DNA of 64,000 nt from an uncultured Clostridia bacterium (lineage in GTDB: Bacteria > Bacillota > Clostridia > TANB77 > CAG-508): assembly GCA_947630065.1 (NCBI GenBank), contig CANRGE010000004.1:9149-73148 (forward strand), read 5' to 3'. The notes below the pieces were generated by a model. The model had not been told where the DNA came from and did not search any database. It saw only the letters and a list, made by a program, of their open reading frames with translations. A program made the translations under genes and the position numbers. Positions within the stretch are counted from its first letter, which is position 1; each line of letters begins with the position of its first letter. Shown here one piece after another: positions 1-8,513 of this stretch.

Positions 1-73
1 AAAAGTCACCAATAATATGGAAAAAATTAAAACAAGATATATACAAAATATCTCATATGAGGAGGGATTTAAA

Positions 74-265
74 ATGGCACAACCAAAAAGAAGATGGTCA
101 AAAGCAAGAACAGGTTTAAAAAGATCTACTTGGAAATTAGATAAACCAAATTTCGCTGAATGCCCACAATGTCATGAACCAGTTATGCAACATACTGCAT
201 GTTCAAATTGTGGTTACTATAATGGTAAAAAAGTTATGGCAGGAAAAAATGAAGAAAATAATTAA
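74..265 (+). CDS. rpmF: 50S ribosomal protein L32
   Basis: Internal ATG at 74 of ORF 17..265, preceded by GGAGGG (61-66). MAQPKRRWSKARTGLKR N-terminus and two CxxC pairs are typical of L32. Confidence 0.9.
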   Translation: MAQPKRRWSKARTGLKRSTWKLDKPNFAECPQCHEPVMQHTACSNCGYYNGKKVMAGKNEENN

Positions 266-270
266 TAAAG

Positions 271-298
271 AGCAACACCTATTGATGTTGCTTTTTTT
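271..298 (+). terminator. Intrinsic terminator after rpmF
   Basis: Stem AGCAACA/TGTTGCT with an 8-nt loop, followed by a T-run. Confidence 0.7.
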
Positions 299-304
299 AT
301 ATAG

Positions 305-342
305 GATGTAAAGAAAAGGTCTCGCGAAGCGAGATTTGTTCT
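305..342 (-). repeat. Partial (38-nt) copy of the 5' end of dispersed repeat family 1
   Basis: Its reverse complement, GAACAAATCTCGCTTCGCGAGACCTTTTCTTTACATC, matches the first ~38 nt of the copies at 1014, 3771, 13350, 42467 and 48777. Confidence 0.85.
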
Positions 343-419
343 ACCCTTTTTACTATTTTTTTACATATCAAAGGCACTAGCAAATATTGCTAGTGCCTTT
401 CTCCCCCGGTTTACAGCTA

Positions 420-887
420 CTATTTTTTCATTTTTTTTGCATTTGCCTCGCTCATTTTTCTAACTAAAAGCCGAACCGGCGTATAGTGTCCAAAAATTAA
501 GTGAGGATCTTTCTCGGTTGTACACAACTCCTGTACCTGCATAACCAGCTCTTCTTTATGGCCGAAGCCATATAACTCAAACAAATCTTCTGTTCTTATT
601 CCCTGAGTCGTACGAATGACAATGGCGCAAAATGCAAGAACTCGCCTAGCATTTTCACCCAGCACATCATCGATTAAGCCTTCATTTTTCCCGACTTTAA
701 CACGTGCGTGCTTAATTCCATCCGATATTATCTGTTCATGCAGTTCTTTCGTACACCGCAAAATTTCTGTATCAACTGTTTTAAGAGTCTCTTCAGGAAC
801 CACTCCTTTATTAACAACAAGAGTGTAAACAGAGTCTAATACTGTTGGTTTGTAAGCTTCTTCTTTGCGTTTCATAATATAATCCAT
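420..887 (-). CDS. Hypothetical 155-aa protein, compositionally foreign (higher GC)
   Basis: Clean ORF with SD AAAGGAG upstream and its own promoter. A perfect 13-bp hairpin (370-400) lies downstream. It is visibly richer in G+C than its neighbours. No family was recognised and no HUH motif is present. Confidence 0.6.
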   Translation of the reverse strand: MDYIMKRKEEAYKPTVLDSVYTLVVNKGVVPEETLKTVDTEILRCTKELHEQIISDGIKHARVKVGKNEGLIDDVLGENARRVLAFCAIVIRTTQGIRTEDLFELYGFGHKEELVMQVQELCTTEKDPHLIFGHYTPVRLLVRKMSEANAKKMKK

Positions 888-946
888 TTTTTCACAACTC
901 CTTTATAATCTCTTGATGGGGGAGCAATGCTTAATGCATGTATTTT

Positions 947-975
947 ATTTTATTACATATTATGTCAATTGTCAA
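947..975 (-). promoter_or_regulatory. Sigma-A type promoter for ORF 420..887
   Basis: Minus strand reads TTGACA (975-970), a 17-nt spacer, then TAAAAT (952-947). Confidence 0.5.
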
Positions 976-1013
976 GATAATTTTATGATTTATACTGTTA
1001 TAATTATCCATAA

Positions 1014-1143
1014 GAACAAATCTCGCTTCGCGAGACCTTTTTCTCTACACCTTGAAGTTTGCCATCTAAATTCAAGGTCTCAAAGAAGCGTAAAGATTTG
1101 TTGACGCGAAAATTTACAAAGTAAATTTTCTGTGCAATGTTAT
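1014..1143 (+). repeat. Dispersed structured repeat family 1, copy A
   Basis: About 130 nt, near-identical to copies B-E. Contains the nested stems AACAAATCT/AGATTTGTT, CGCTTC/GAAGCG and GAGACC/GGTCTC, plus the 10-bp hairpin GAAAATTTAC/GTAAATTTTC. Confidence 0.9.
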
Positions 1144-1160
1144 TTTTATATTATAAATTT

Positions 1161-2543
1161 TTACATTGCACTTTGAAAAAATGCTTTATATGCTTTATAT
1201 GCAGTATATATATCAAATTTTGAAGTTACTTCATAAGGTGCATGCATTGATAATACTGGTATTCCGCAGTCTACTACATCAGTTCCTTTGTTAGCTAATA
1301 TATAGGCAATTGTACCGCCTCCACCTATATCTACTTTTCCCAATTCTGTTGCTTGATAATCTATTTTTTCATTTTCAAATACATTTCTTATTTTAGCCAT
1401 AAATTCTGCATTTGCATCTGAAGCTCCTGATTTTCCTCGTGCACCAGTGTATTTTACAAGAGCCATACCATGTCCTAATAATCCTGCATTAGGTCTATCA
1501 GATACAGATGCATATAATGGATCTAGTGCTGCATCAACATCTGCTGATAACATTTGTGATTTACAAAATGTTCTTGCTAGTGCATTAAAAGTATTTACTC
1601 CAGATTTTTCTAATAATTCTCCAATAAACATATCAAATACATGAGATTCCATCCCAGTATTTCCCATACTTCCTATTTCTTCTTTGTCTGAAAATAGACA
1701 TACAGAAGTCTTTTCTGGATTCTCAACATCTAATAATGCTCTTAAAGATGTATATGCACAAACTTTATCATCTTGACCATATGCTGCAACCATGCTCTTA
1801 TCGAATCCTAAACTTCGTGCATTAAAAGCTGGTACTACTTCTAATTCTGAACTTATGAAATCTTTTTCATCTATTCCATATTTTTCATTTAAAATATTTA
1901 ATATATTAGATTTTATTTTATCTTTGTCTTCTTCAGATGGTATATTTCCTACTAAAAGAGTTAAAGCTTCACCATTAATTGCTTCTTTAAGTTTTTTGTC
2001 CATTTGTTCTATTGCTAAATGTGGTAATAAGTCTGTTATTGTAAATATAGGATCATTTTCATCTTCTCCAATAGATATTACTTGTTTTTCTCCATTTGCT
2101 TTTACTATCACACCATGAATGGCAAGTGGTATTGCAGTCCATTGATATTTTTTTATTCCTCCATAATAATGTGTTTTTAAATATGCAAAACCTGTATCTT
2201 CATATAATGGATTTGGTTTTAAATCTAATCTAGGTGAATCTAAATGTGAGCCAACTATATTTAAACCATTTTCTATGTTTTCTTTTCCTATTATTGCTGC
2301 ATATACACTTTTTTCTCTATTGTTATAATAAACTTTATCTCCTGTATTTAATTTTTGTACATTTTCTATATTTTTAAATCCATTTTTTTCTAGTATTTCT
2401 ACTATAAATCTTACAGCTTCTCTTTCTGTTTTTGATTTGTTTAAAAAGTATATATACTCATCTGAAAATTTAAATATAGACTCCTTTTCTTTTTCTGTAG
2501 TATTCTCCCATCCACTTTTTCTTTCATTTTCTAAATTTTTCAT
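1161..2543 (-). CDS. M18-family aminopeptidase
   Basis: 460-aa ORF. Overall similarity to aminopeptidase 1 (M18), including the GGGTIAYILA and SMHAPYE regions. Confidence 0.8.
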   Translation of the reverse strand: MKNLENERKSGWENTTEKEKESIFKFSDEYIYFLNKSKTEREAVRFIVEILEKNGFKNIENVQKLNTGDKVYYNNREKSVYAAIIGKENIENGLNIVGSHLDSPRLDLKPNPLYEDTGFAYLKTHYYGGIKKYQWTAIPLAIHGVIVKANGEKQVISIGEDENDPIFTITDLLPHLAIEQMDKKLKEAINGEALTLLVGNIPSEEDKDKIKSNILNILNEKYGIDEKDFISSELEVVPAFNARSLGFDKSMVAAYGQDDKVCAYTSLRALLDVENPEKTSVCLFSDKEEIGSMGNTGMESHVFDMFIGELLEKSGVNTFNALARTFCKSQMLSADVDAALDPLYASVSDRPNAGLLGHGMALVKYTGARGKSGASDANAEFMAKIRNVFENEKIDYQATELGKVDIGGGGTIAYILANKGTDVVDCGIPVLSMHAPYEVTSKFDIYTAYKAYKAFFQSAM

Positions 2544-2573
2544 AAAATTTCCTTCCTTTCTTTTGTTTATATT

Positions 2574-3665
2574 TTAAACATTAAATCTAAATAGTACTAT
2601 ATCCCCATCTTGCATAACATATTCTTTTCCTTCTGAACGTAATAAACCTTTTTCTCTTACTGCATTCATAGAACCTTCTCTTATTAAATCATCATATGAA
2701 ACAACCTCTGCTCTTATGAAACCTCTTTCAATGTCAGAATGTATTTTACCCGCTGCTTGTGGTGCTTTTGTTCCTTTCTTTATTGTCCAAGCTCTTACTT
2801 CTGGCTCTCCTGCTGTTAAAAACGACATTAACCCTAGTAGGTCATAACTTGCTTTTATAACTTTATCTAATCCAGATTCCTCTAGACCTAAAGCAGATAA
2901 CATTTCTTTTTTATCGTTTTCATCTAATGATGCTAATTCTTCTTCTATTTTTACGCAAAGTGGTATTACTAAAGCATTTTCAGTTTGTGCATATTCTTTT
3001 ACTTGTTGAATATATGTATCATTTTCAATGTTTTCTAATTGTTCTTCTGATACATTTGCTATATATAGTATTGGCTTTAATGTTAAAAGATATGTATCAT
3101 TTAATAATTCTTTTTCCTCATCAGTTAAATTTAATGTTCTTGCAGACTTTCCTTCTTCTAAAGTTTTTTTCAATTTTTCAAATAAATCAACACTAGCTTG
3201 TTCTTTTTTATCTGCTTTTAACATTTTTTTAGCTCTATCTAATCTTTTTTCTACTGTTTCTAAATCTGCAAAAATAAGCTCTAAATTAATGGTTTCAATA
3301 TCTCTTTTGGGATTAACATTTCCATCAACATGAACAACATTCGCATCTTCAAAACATCTAACAACTTCCACTATACTATCTACTTCTCTTATATGAGATA
3401 AGAATTTATTGCCTAAACCTTCCCCTTTACTAGCACCTTTAACTAATCCTGCAATATCTACAAATTCAATTACAGCATGTGTAGTTTTTTGTGGTTTATA
3501 CATTTGTGTTAATTTATCTAATCTCTCATCTGGAACTGGTACAACTCCAACATTTGGTTCTATTGTACAAAATGGATAGTTAGCACATTCTGCTCCTGCA
3601 TTTGTTATAGCATTAAACATTGTACTTTTTCCTACATTTGGAAGTCCAACTATACCTAATTTCAT
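2574..3665 (-). CDS. ychF: Ribosome-binding ATPase YchF
   Basis: MKLGIVGLPNVGKSTMFNA P-loop, 363 aa, and a TGS-like C-terminus. Confidence 0.92.
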   Translation of the reverse strand: MKLGIVGLPNVGKSTMFNAITNAGAECANYPFCTIEPNVGVVPVPDERLDKLTQMYKPQKTTHAVIEFVDIAGLVKGASKGEGLGNKFLSHIREVDSIVEVVRCFEDANVVHVDGNVNPKRDIETINLELIFADLETVEKRLDRAKKMLKADKKEQASVDLFEKLKKTLEEGKSARTLNLTDEEKELLNDTYLLTLKPILYIANVSEEQLENIENDTYIQQVKEYAQTENALVIPLCVKIEEELASLDENDKKEMLSALGLEESGLDKVIKASYDLLGLMSFLTAGEPEVRAWTIKKGTKAPQAAGKIHSDIERGFIRAEVVSYDDLIREGSMNAVREKGLLRSEGKEYVMQDGDIVLFRFNV

Positions 3666-3770
3666 TATTTATCTACTCCTTTATATATTTACTTTCTATC
3701 GTATTATATATTAATTTTTTTAATCTTTCAACAAGTTAAGTAAAATTTTAATTGCTCTAATAAATTTTAT

Positions 3771-3939
3771 GAACAAATCTCGCTTCGCGAGACCTTTTCT
3801 CTACATCTTAAAGTTTGCTATCTAAATTCAAGGTCTCAAAGAAGCGTAAAGATTTGTTGACGCGAAAATTTACAAAGTAAATTTTCTGTGCAATGTTATT
3901 TAATTATATAATAGGAAAGTAGAACTTTCCTATTATATA
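3771..3939 (+). repeat. Dispersed structured repeat family 1, copy B, plus hairpin 3
   Basis: 129-nt core at 3771-3899, followed 5 nt later by the hairpin TATATAATAGGAAAG-tagaa-CTTTCCTATTATATA (3905-3939). Confidence 0.9.
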
Positions 3940-4009
3940 ATTAACAAAAGAAACTAGATTTGTATACTTATACAATATCTAGCTTCTTTTAGTATTTTGT
4001 TTTTTAATT

Positions 4010-4204
4010 TTAACGCGCTGTTAGACTTTTTGTTATTTCGTTAAGCTCTTGAGTTTTCCTTTTAATTTTTTCATTAAGTTCATCAAGATCTGCTCCTATA
4101 CCCTCTTCGTCGATTTTTCTTGCTACTTCGTCTGTAAGCCGTTTCAACTCTTTAGCTATTGTAGCTCTTTGTTGTTCTTTTTCTTCTTGGCTTTTAAAAA
4201 ACAT
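4010..4204 (-). CDS. Small hypothetical coiled-coil protein (64 aa)
   Basis: ATG at 4204 is preceded by AAAGGAGGAAG. The longer ORF start at 4264 has no SD. Confidence 0.5.
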   Translation of the reverse strand: MFFKSQEEKEQQRATIAKELKRLTDEVARKIDEEGIGADLDELNEKIKRKTQELNEITKSLTAR

Positions 4205-4355
4205 AATACTTCCTCCTTTAAATTGATAGTAGTATTTCCATATTGGAAAACAATTAGTTATCAATTCTATTATATCATATTTTTGCCTTAAATTCCAGAA
4301 TAAGAAATTACTATTCTTATTTTGTCATGTATAATCTATTTTTATTTTCTAATGC

Positions 4356-5177
4356 TTAGTCATATCTTATTGCTCTATAAAGAATCTTTAATAATATTTT
4401 TGGAACAGAATCGTTTAATGGATATTCTCTATGTAACTTTGATAAATCCAATTTATTGCTTTCGTTTATTTTGTTATCTGTTAAGTTTTGTATAAAGCCT
4501 TTTTCTTCTAAGGCTTTTACTTTTTCTTCATCATATAGTCCATATGGGTATGTAAAAATTTTTGTAACTTGTTTTCCTAATACTTCTTCAATGTGTTTAT
4601 GTGAATATTGTACATCTTCTACATATTGTTGTGTATTAACAGTATTTGGGTCTTTATGATATCTACTATGTGAATATATATCTACTAATCCGCTATCATT
4701 CATTTCTTTTATTTCATCCCAGCTTAAATATCCTTCTTTTCCTACATTATCATCTATAATATTTATTGCAATTGGTATATTATATTCTTTTACTATTGGA
4801 AATAAATTTTCATAATTAGTCTCCCAACCATCATCAAAAGTTATTATTATTGATTTTTCTTTTAATTTTTGTTCTCCTTTATCATATTTAATTAAATCAT
4901 CATATCTAATAATTTCATATCCTAATTTTTTAAGACCTAATATTTGATTTATAAAATTCTCTTTTGTTGTCTGCATATAATCTGGTCCTGTTATTGTATC
5001 AACAATATTATGATATACAAATATTGGTATATTAATATTTTTTTCTTCCTTGTTATATTCATTATTTGAATATATAAAGTTTAATATAAATCCAACCATT
5101 GATACAATAATTATTGCTAATATTATTAGAATAATTTTGCAAATCTTTTTTATTTTTGTATTTTTTGTTTTCTCCAT
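4356..5177 (-). CDS. Polysaccharide deacetylase family protein with N-terminal TM anchor
   Basis: NodB-type motifs ITFDDGW and YSHSRYH, with an N-terminal hydrophobic helix. Confidence 0.75.
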   Translation of the reverse strand: MEKTKNTKIKKICKIILIILAIIIVSMVGFILNFIYSNNEYNKEEKNINIPIFVYHNIVDTITGPDYMQTTKENFINQILGLKKLGYEIIRYDDLIKYDKGEQKLKEKSIIITFDDGWETNYENLFPIVKEYNIPIAINIIDDNVGKEGYLSWDEIKEMNDSGLVDIYSHSRYHKDPNTVNTQQYVEDVQYSHKHIEEVLGKQVTKIFTYPYGLYDEEKVKALEEKGFIQNLTDNKINESNKLDLSKLHREYPLNDSVPKILLKILYRAIRYD

Positions 5178-5223
5178 TTGTTTCTCCCTATATGTTTATT
5201 ACTTTCGCAATTAACAAACTGAT

Positions 5224-5838
5224 TTATATTATAAAATCCATGTTATGTACTAAATACCGAGTATCTTTAATTCTTATAAATCCGTTTTTAGAATAAAATT
5301 TGATTAACTTTTCTATTTTATTCTTATCTCTAGTTGGCTTAAATTCTTTTTCTTCTATTTCAAACGGATTAGCAAGTAAAACTATACACCCTGGTCTTAA
5401 TTTTAATATTTGTTTTATCAATTTAGGTAATTCTTTTACTAATTTACTTCCAATTCCTATATTCCTATAATTCTTTTCTATAAATATTTCATCAATATAA
5501 AGAACATCCCTATCCATTCCAACATATTTATCATTCTGATTACCATCACATTCAAATAAATATTCGCATATTCCTTGTTTCTCTGAATCTATTAAATCAA
5601 ACAAGTCAAATGCGCTATAACCGATTTCTTCTGCCATACTTACATCCATATATGTCATTTCTATTATTCCTATTTGTTCCTGCTTATCTAATTCATCATC
5701 CGCTTTATATATTTTAAAACAATATTTTTGATTTAACAAATATTCAGGTGAAACGCTGATATCTATTTCTTCATTATTTATATTTCCAATTGCCTCTACT
5801 CTTGTATCACTTTCTATTAGTATGTTTTCTATATTCAT
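5224..5838 (-). CDS. GNAT-family N-acetyltransferase (putative)
   Basis: C-terminal YRNIGIGSKLV resembles acetyl-CoA binding motif A (R-x-x-G-x-G). Confidence 0.5.
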   Translation of the reverse strand: MNIENILIESDTRVEAIGNINNEEIDISVSPEYLLNQKYCFKIYKADDELDKQEQIGIIEMTYMDVSMAEEIGYSAFDLFDLIDSEKQGICEYLFECDGNQNDKYVGMDRDVLYIDEIFIEKNYRNIGIGSKLVKELPKLIKQILKLRPGCIVLLANPFEIEEKEFKPTRDKNKIEKLIKFYSKNGFIRIKDTRYLVHNMDFII

Positions 5839-5930
5839 TTCTTACCTCCAAGTATTTTTGTAATTTTATCATATTAAATCATAAAAATAAAGTTTTACAG
5901 TTTTATTTTGTCGAAAAATAATAAAAAAAA

Positions 5931-6042
5931 TGAATAGTTAATAATTAATAGTACATAAGTGCTCTTACATCCTATTTATAGTTATTAATTATTCATTCTT
6001 CACTATTCATTATTCACTGCGAATTGTTAAATTCGCACTTAT
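5931..6042. repeat. tRNA-trailer palindromic element T1 (heptamer arms plus GCGAATT hairpin)
   Basis: The inverted arms are built from TGAATAG-like heptamers. It ends with the hairpin GCGAATT-gttaa-AATTCGC and then CACTTATGG. It is homologous to 49696..49822. Confidence 0.8.
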
Positions 6043-6058
6043 GGTGGACAGGGACGGA
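6042..6058 (-). other. Duplicate of the tRNA-Tyr 3' end (16 of 17 nt)
   Basis: TGGTGGACAGGGAcGGA here versus TGGTGGACAGGGAaGGA at 6175-6191. No complete cloverleaf could be built around it. Confidence 0.6.
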
Positions 6059-6134
6059 TAGTCGCAAGCGCGTCGGGAAAATGGTCTACTAGACCATTTT
6101 CTTTTCCTCCTTTTCGAATCCCCCTCTTTAATGC

Positions 6135-6166
6135 ATAAAAAACAACCCATAGCTTCGCTATGGGTC
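6135..6166 (-). terminator. Intrinsic terminator of the tRNA operon
   Basis: Minus strand reads ACCCATAGC-gaa-GCTATGGGT, followed by TGTTTTTT. Confidence 0.8.
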
Positions 6167-6174
6167 ATTTTTTA

Positions 6175-6260
6175 TGGTGGACAGGGAAGGATTCGAACCT
6201 TCGTACTCGTACGAGAACAGATTTACAGTCTGCCGCCTTTAACCACTCGGCCACCTGTCC
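6175..6260 (-). tRNA. tRNA-Tyr (GTA), type II with long variable arm
   Basis: Cloverleaf built by hand: acceptor GGACAGG/CCTGTCC, anticodon loop CT-GTA-AA, T-loop GGTTCGAATCC, encoded CCA. Confidence 0.9.
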
Positions 6261-6296
6261 ATATATTATTTTATTTTTTGCTCATAAACAAAAAAA

Positions 6297-6373
6297 TGGT
6301 GCGCCCTCAAGGATTCGAACCTTGGACCCACCGGTTATGAGCCGGTTGCTCTGACCAACTGAGCTAAGGGCGC
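6297..6373 (-). tRNA. tRNA-Met (CAT anticodon; could instead be the Ile-lysidine type)
   Basis: Acceptor GCGCCCT/AGGGCGC, D-arm GCTCAGTTGGTCAGAGC, anticodon loop CT-CAT-AA, T-loop GGTTCGAATCC, CCA. Confidence 0.85.
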
Positions 6374-6378
6374 ATGTT

Positions 6379-6452
<74 letters not shown>

Positions 6453-6473
6453 ATTTCCTGTCGACATTTATAA

Positions 6474-6502
6474 ATTATAATGGTTATATTTATTTTTGTC
6501 AA
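6474..6502 (-). promoter_or_regulatory. Consensus sigma-A promoter of the tRNA Gly-Met-Tyr operon
   Basis: Minus strand reads TTGACA (6502-6497), a 17-nt spacer, then TATAAT (6479-6474). Confidence 0.75.
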
Positions 6503-6607
6503 TACATTTTTTAAATTTTTTTTAAATATTTTCTATAATGTATAAAACCTTGTATTTGTGGCTTTATACATTATAGATTTGCCCCCTTTTGCTTCGTTGG
6601 TTATATA

Positions 6608-7489
6608 TTATTTGCCTAATTGTTTCATTACTTCTTCAGCAAAGTTTTCTTCTTTCTTTTCTATTCCTTCGCCTTTTTCAAATCTTACGAATCTTACTAT
6701 TTTTGCACCTTTGTCTGCAACTACTTTTCCAACTTTTGTGTCTGGATCTTTTACGAATGGTTGTTCAACTAAACATATTTCTCCATAGAATTTTCCTATT
6801 CTTCCTTGTACCATTTTTTCTGCTATTTCTGCTGGTTTTCCTTCGTTCATTGCTTGAACTTTTAGAATTTCCATTTCTTTTTTTACTCTTTCTTCTGGTA
6901 CTGCTTCTCTATCTAAGTATTCTGGTCTTGCTGCTGCTATTTGCATACATATATCTCTTGCAAGTTGTGAATCTCCGTTTTCCATTTCAACTAATACACC
7001 AATTTTTCCATCTCCATGGATATATTTTTGTACTAAATTGTTTGTTTCAAATCTTTCAAATCTTCTTATTGTTAGGTTTTCTCCTATATTAGCTATTTTT
7101 TCTGTTAATACTTCACTAACTGTTTTTGAATTGTCTATTATTGATTTTTGTGATAATAATTCTTCAACATCTTTTGGTGCTTCTATAGCTATTTGTTTTG
7201 CAATAGCTGAAACGAAGTTTCTAAATTCTTCATTTTTTGCAACGAAGTCTGTTTCTGAGTTAACTTCTACTATTGCTCCTATTTTTCCATCTTCTGATAC
7301 GTATGTTTCAACTATTCCTTCTGCTGCTATTCTATCTGATTTTTTAGCTGCTTTTGCTATTCCTCTTTCACGTAATAATTCGATTGCTTTTTCCATATCT
7401 CCATCTGTTTCTGTTAATACTTTTTTGCAATCCATCATTCCTGCACCTGTTTTTTCTCTTAATTCTTTAACAAGAGTTGCTGTAACCAT
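6608..7489 (-). CDS. tsf: Elongation factor Ts
   Basis: [26 protein letters not shown]-terminus, 293 aa, immediately downstream of rpsB. Confidence 0.95.
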   Translation of the reverse strand: MVTATLVKELREKTGAGMMDCKKVLTETDGDMEKAIELLRERGIAKAAKKSDRIAAEGIVETYVSEDGKIGAIVEVNSETDFVAKNEEFRNFVSAIAKQIAIEAPKDVEELLSQKSIIDNSKTVSEVLTEKIANIGENLTIRRFERFETNNLVQKYIHGDGKIGVLVEMENGDSQLARDICMQIAAARPEYLDREAVPEERVKKEMEILKVQAMNEGKPAEIAEKMVQGRIGKFYGEICLVEQPFVKDPDTKVGKVVADKGAKIVRFVRFEKGEGIEKKEENFAEEVMKQLGK

Positions 7490-7511
7490 TTTATTTCCTC
7501 CTTTTAAAATA

Positions 7512-7533
7512 GGGCACGGCGCTTACCGTGCCC
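7512..7533 (-). terminator. GC-rich hairpin between rpsB and tsf (attenuator or partial terminator)
   Basis: GGGCACGG-taagcg-CCGTGCCC followed by TATTTT on the minus strand. Confidence 0.6.
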
Positions 7534-7551
7534 ATATAAATATAAATTTTA

Positions 7552-8337
7552 TTATTCTTCTACTTGTTCTTCCTCTGCTGCTACAACTTCTTCTATACTT
7601 TCTGGTTCTTCGTTTTCTACTGCTTCTTCTGAATCTACAGTTGTTTCAAATGTTTCTCCTTGTTTTCCTTCTATAACTGCATTTGCCATAACTTGTGTTA
7701 TTAATTTTACTGCACGTATAGCATCATCATTTCCAGGTATAACATAATCTACATCTTCTGGATTGCAGTTTGTATCTACTAATCCTACTACTGGTATATT
7801 TAATTTTCTAGCTTCTAATATAGCTATTCTTTCTTTTTTAGGATCTACTACGAAAAGTACTCCTGGAAGTTTTGTCATTTCTTTAATTCCACCAAGATTT
7901 TTTTCTAGTTTTTCCATTTCTTTCTTTAATAGTATAACCTCTTTTTTAGGTAATATTTCAAATGTACCATCTTCTTGCATTTTTTCTAATTCTTTTAGTC
8001 TTGCTATTCTTTTTTGAATAGTTCCAAAGTTTGTAAGCATTCCACCTAACCATCTTTGGTCAATGTAATACATTCCGCACATTTCTGCTGCTTCTTTTAC
8101 ACATTCTTGTGCTTGTTTTTTTGTTCCGACAAATAGAACTTCTTTTCCTTCTTCTACTTGTTCTTTAATGAATCTGTAAGCTTCATCAATTTTTTTAGAT
8201 GTTTTTTGTAAATCGATGATGTGAATTCCGTTTCTAGCTTGAAATATATATTCAGCCATTTTAGGATCCCATCTTCTTGTTTGGTGTCCAAAGTGTACAC
8301 CTGCTTCTAGTAATTGTTTCATTGCAACTACTGCCAT
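7552..8337 (-). CDS. rpsB: 30S ribosomal protein S2
   Basis: [28 protein letters not shown]-terminus, 261 aa, with an acidic C-terminal tail. Confidence 0.95.
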   Translation of the reverse strand: MAVVAMKQLLEAGVHFGHQTRRWDPKMAEYIFQARNGIHIIDLQKTSKKIDEAYRFIKEQVEEGKEVLFVGTKKQAQECVKEAAEMCGMYYIDQRWLGGMLTNFGTIQKRIARLKELEKMQEDGTFEILPKKEVILLKKEMEKLEKNLGGIKEMTKLPGVLFVVDPKKERIAILEARKLNIPVVGLVDTNCNPEDVDYVIPGNDDAIRAVKLITQVMANAVIEGKQGETFETTVDSEEAVENEEPESIEEVVAAEEEQVEE

Positions 8338-8458
8338 TTTAAATTCCTCCTTTTAGTTTTACATCCATAAAGCTTCAAACATTTATGCACACTTAATTTT
8401 TAAGCACTTTCATAAACTAACTTTATGTGTATATTTTTTTCAACTATAGTATTATAGC

Positions 8459-8487
8459 AAAAAAGTATTGCTAATGCAATACTTTTT
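8459..8487 (-). terminator. Intrinsic terminator after thrS
   Basis: Minus strand reads AAAAGTATTGC-atta-GCAATACTTTT followed by a T-run. Confidence 0.75.
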
Positions 8488-8513
8488 ATAAAAAAATTGA
8501 TACTTCTAACTTA

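Noticed and set aside
616-828. Plus-strand ORF inside the higher-GC gene 420..887
   Set aside because: It is an antisense shadow ORF with Ser/Thr/Pro-rich low-complexity translation and no SD. The minus-strand ORF has a promoter, an SD and a downstream hairpin.
420-887. Calling the 155-aa ORF an IS200/RAYT-type HUH transposase
   Set aside because: Its size and flanking inverted hairpin repeats fit. However, no His-hydrophobic-His motif or conserved catalytic Tyr context is present in the translation, so the identity is left open.
6059-6134. A fourth tRNA gene next to the tRNA-Tyr 3' duplicate
   Set aside because: No acceptor 5' strand (GGACAGG), D-arm or anticodon arm could be built. Only the last 17 nt resemble tRNA-Tyr.
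6131-6354. Plus-strand ORFs 6131..6340 and 6160..6354
   Set aside because: They lie entirely across the tRNA-Tyr and tRNA-Met genes on the opposite strand.
6589-7676. Plus-strand ORFs 6558..6788, 6589..7092 and 7038..7676
   Set aside because: They are Leu/Phe-rich antisense translations of tsf and rpsB, which is typical in AT-rich genomes.
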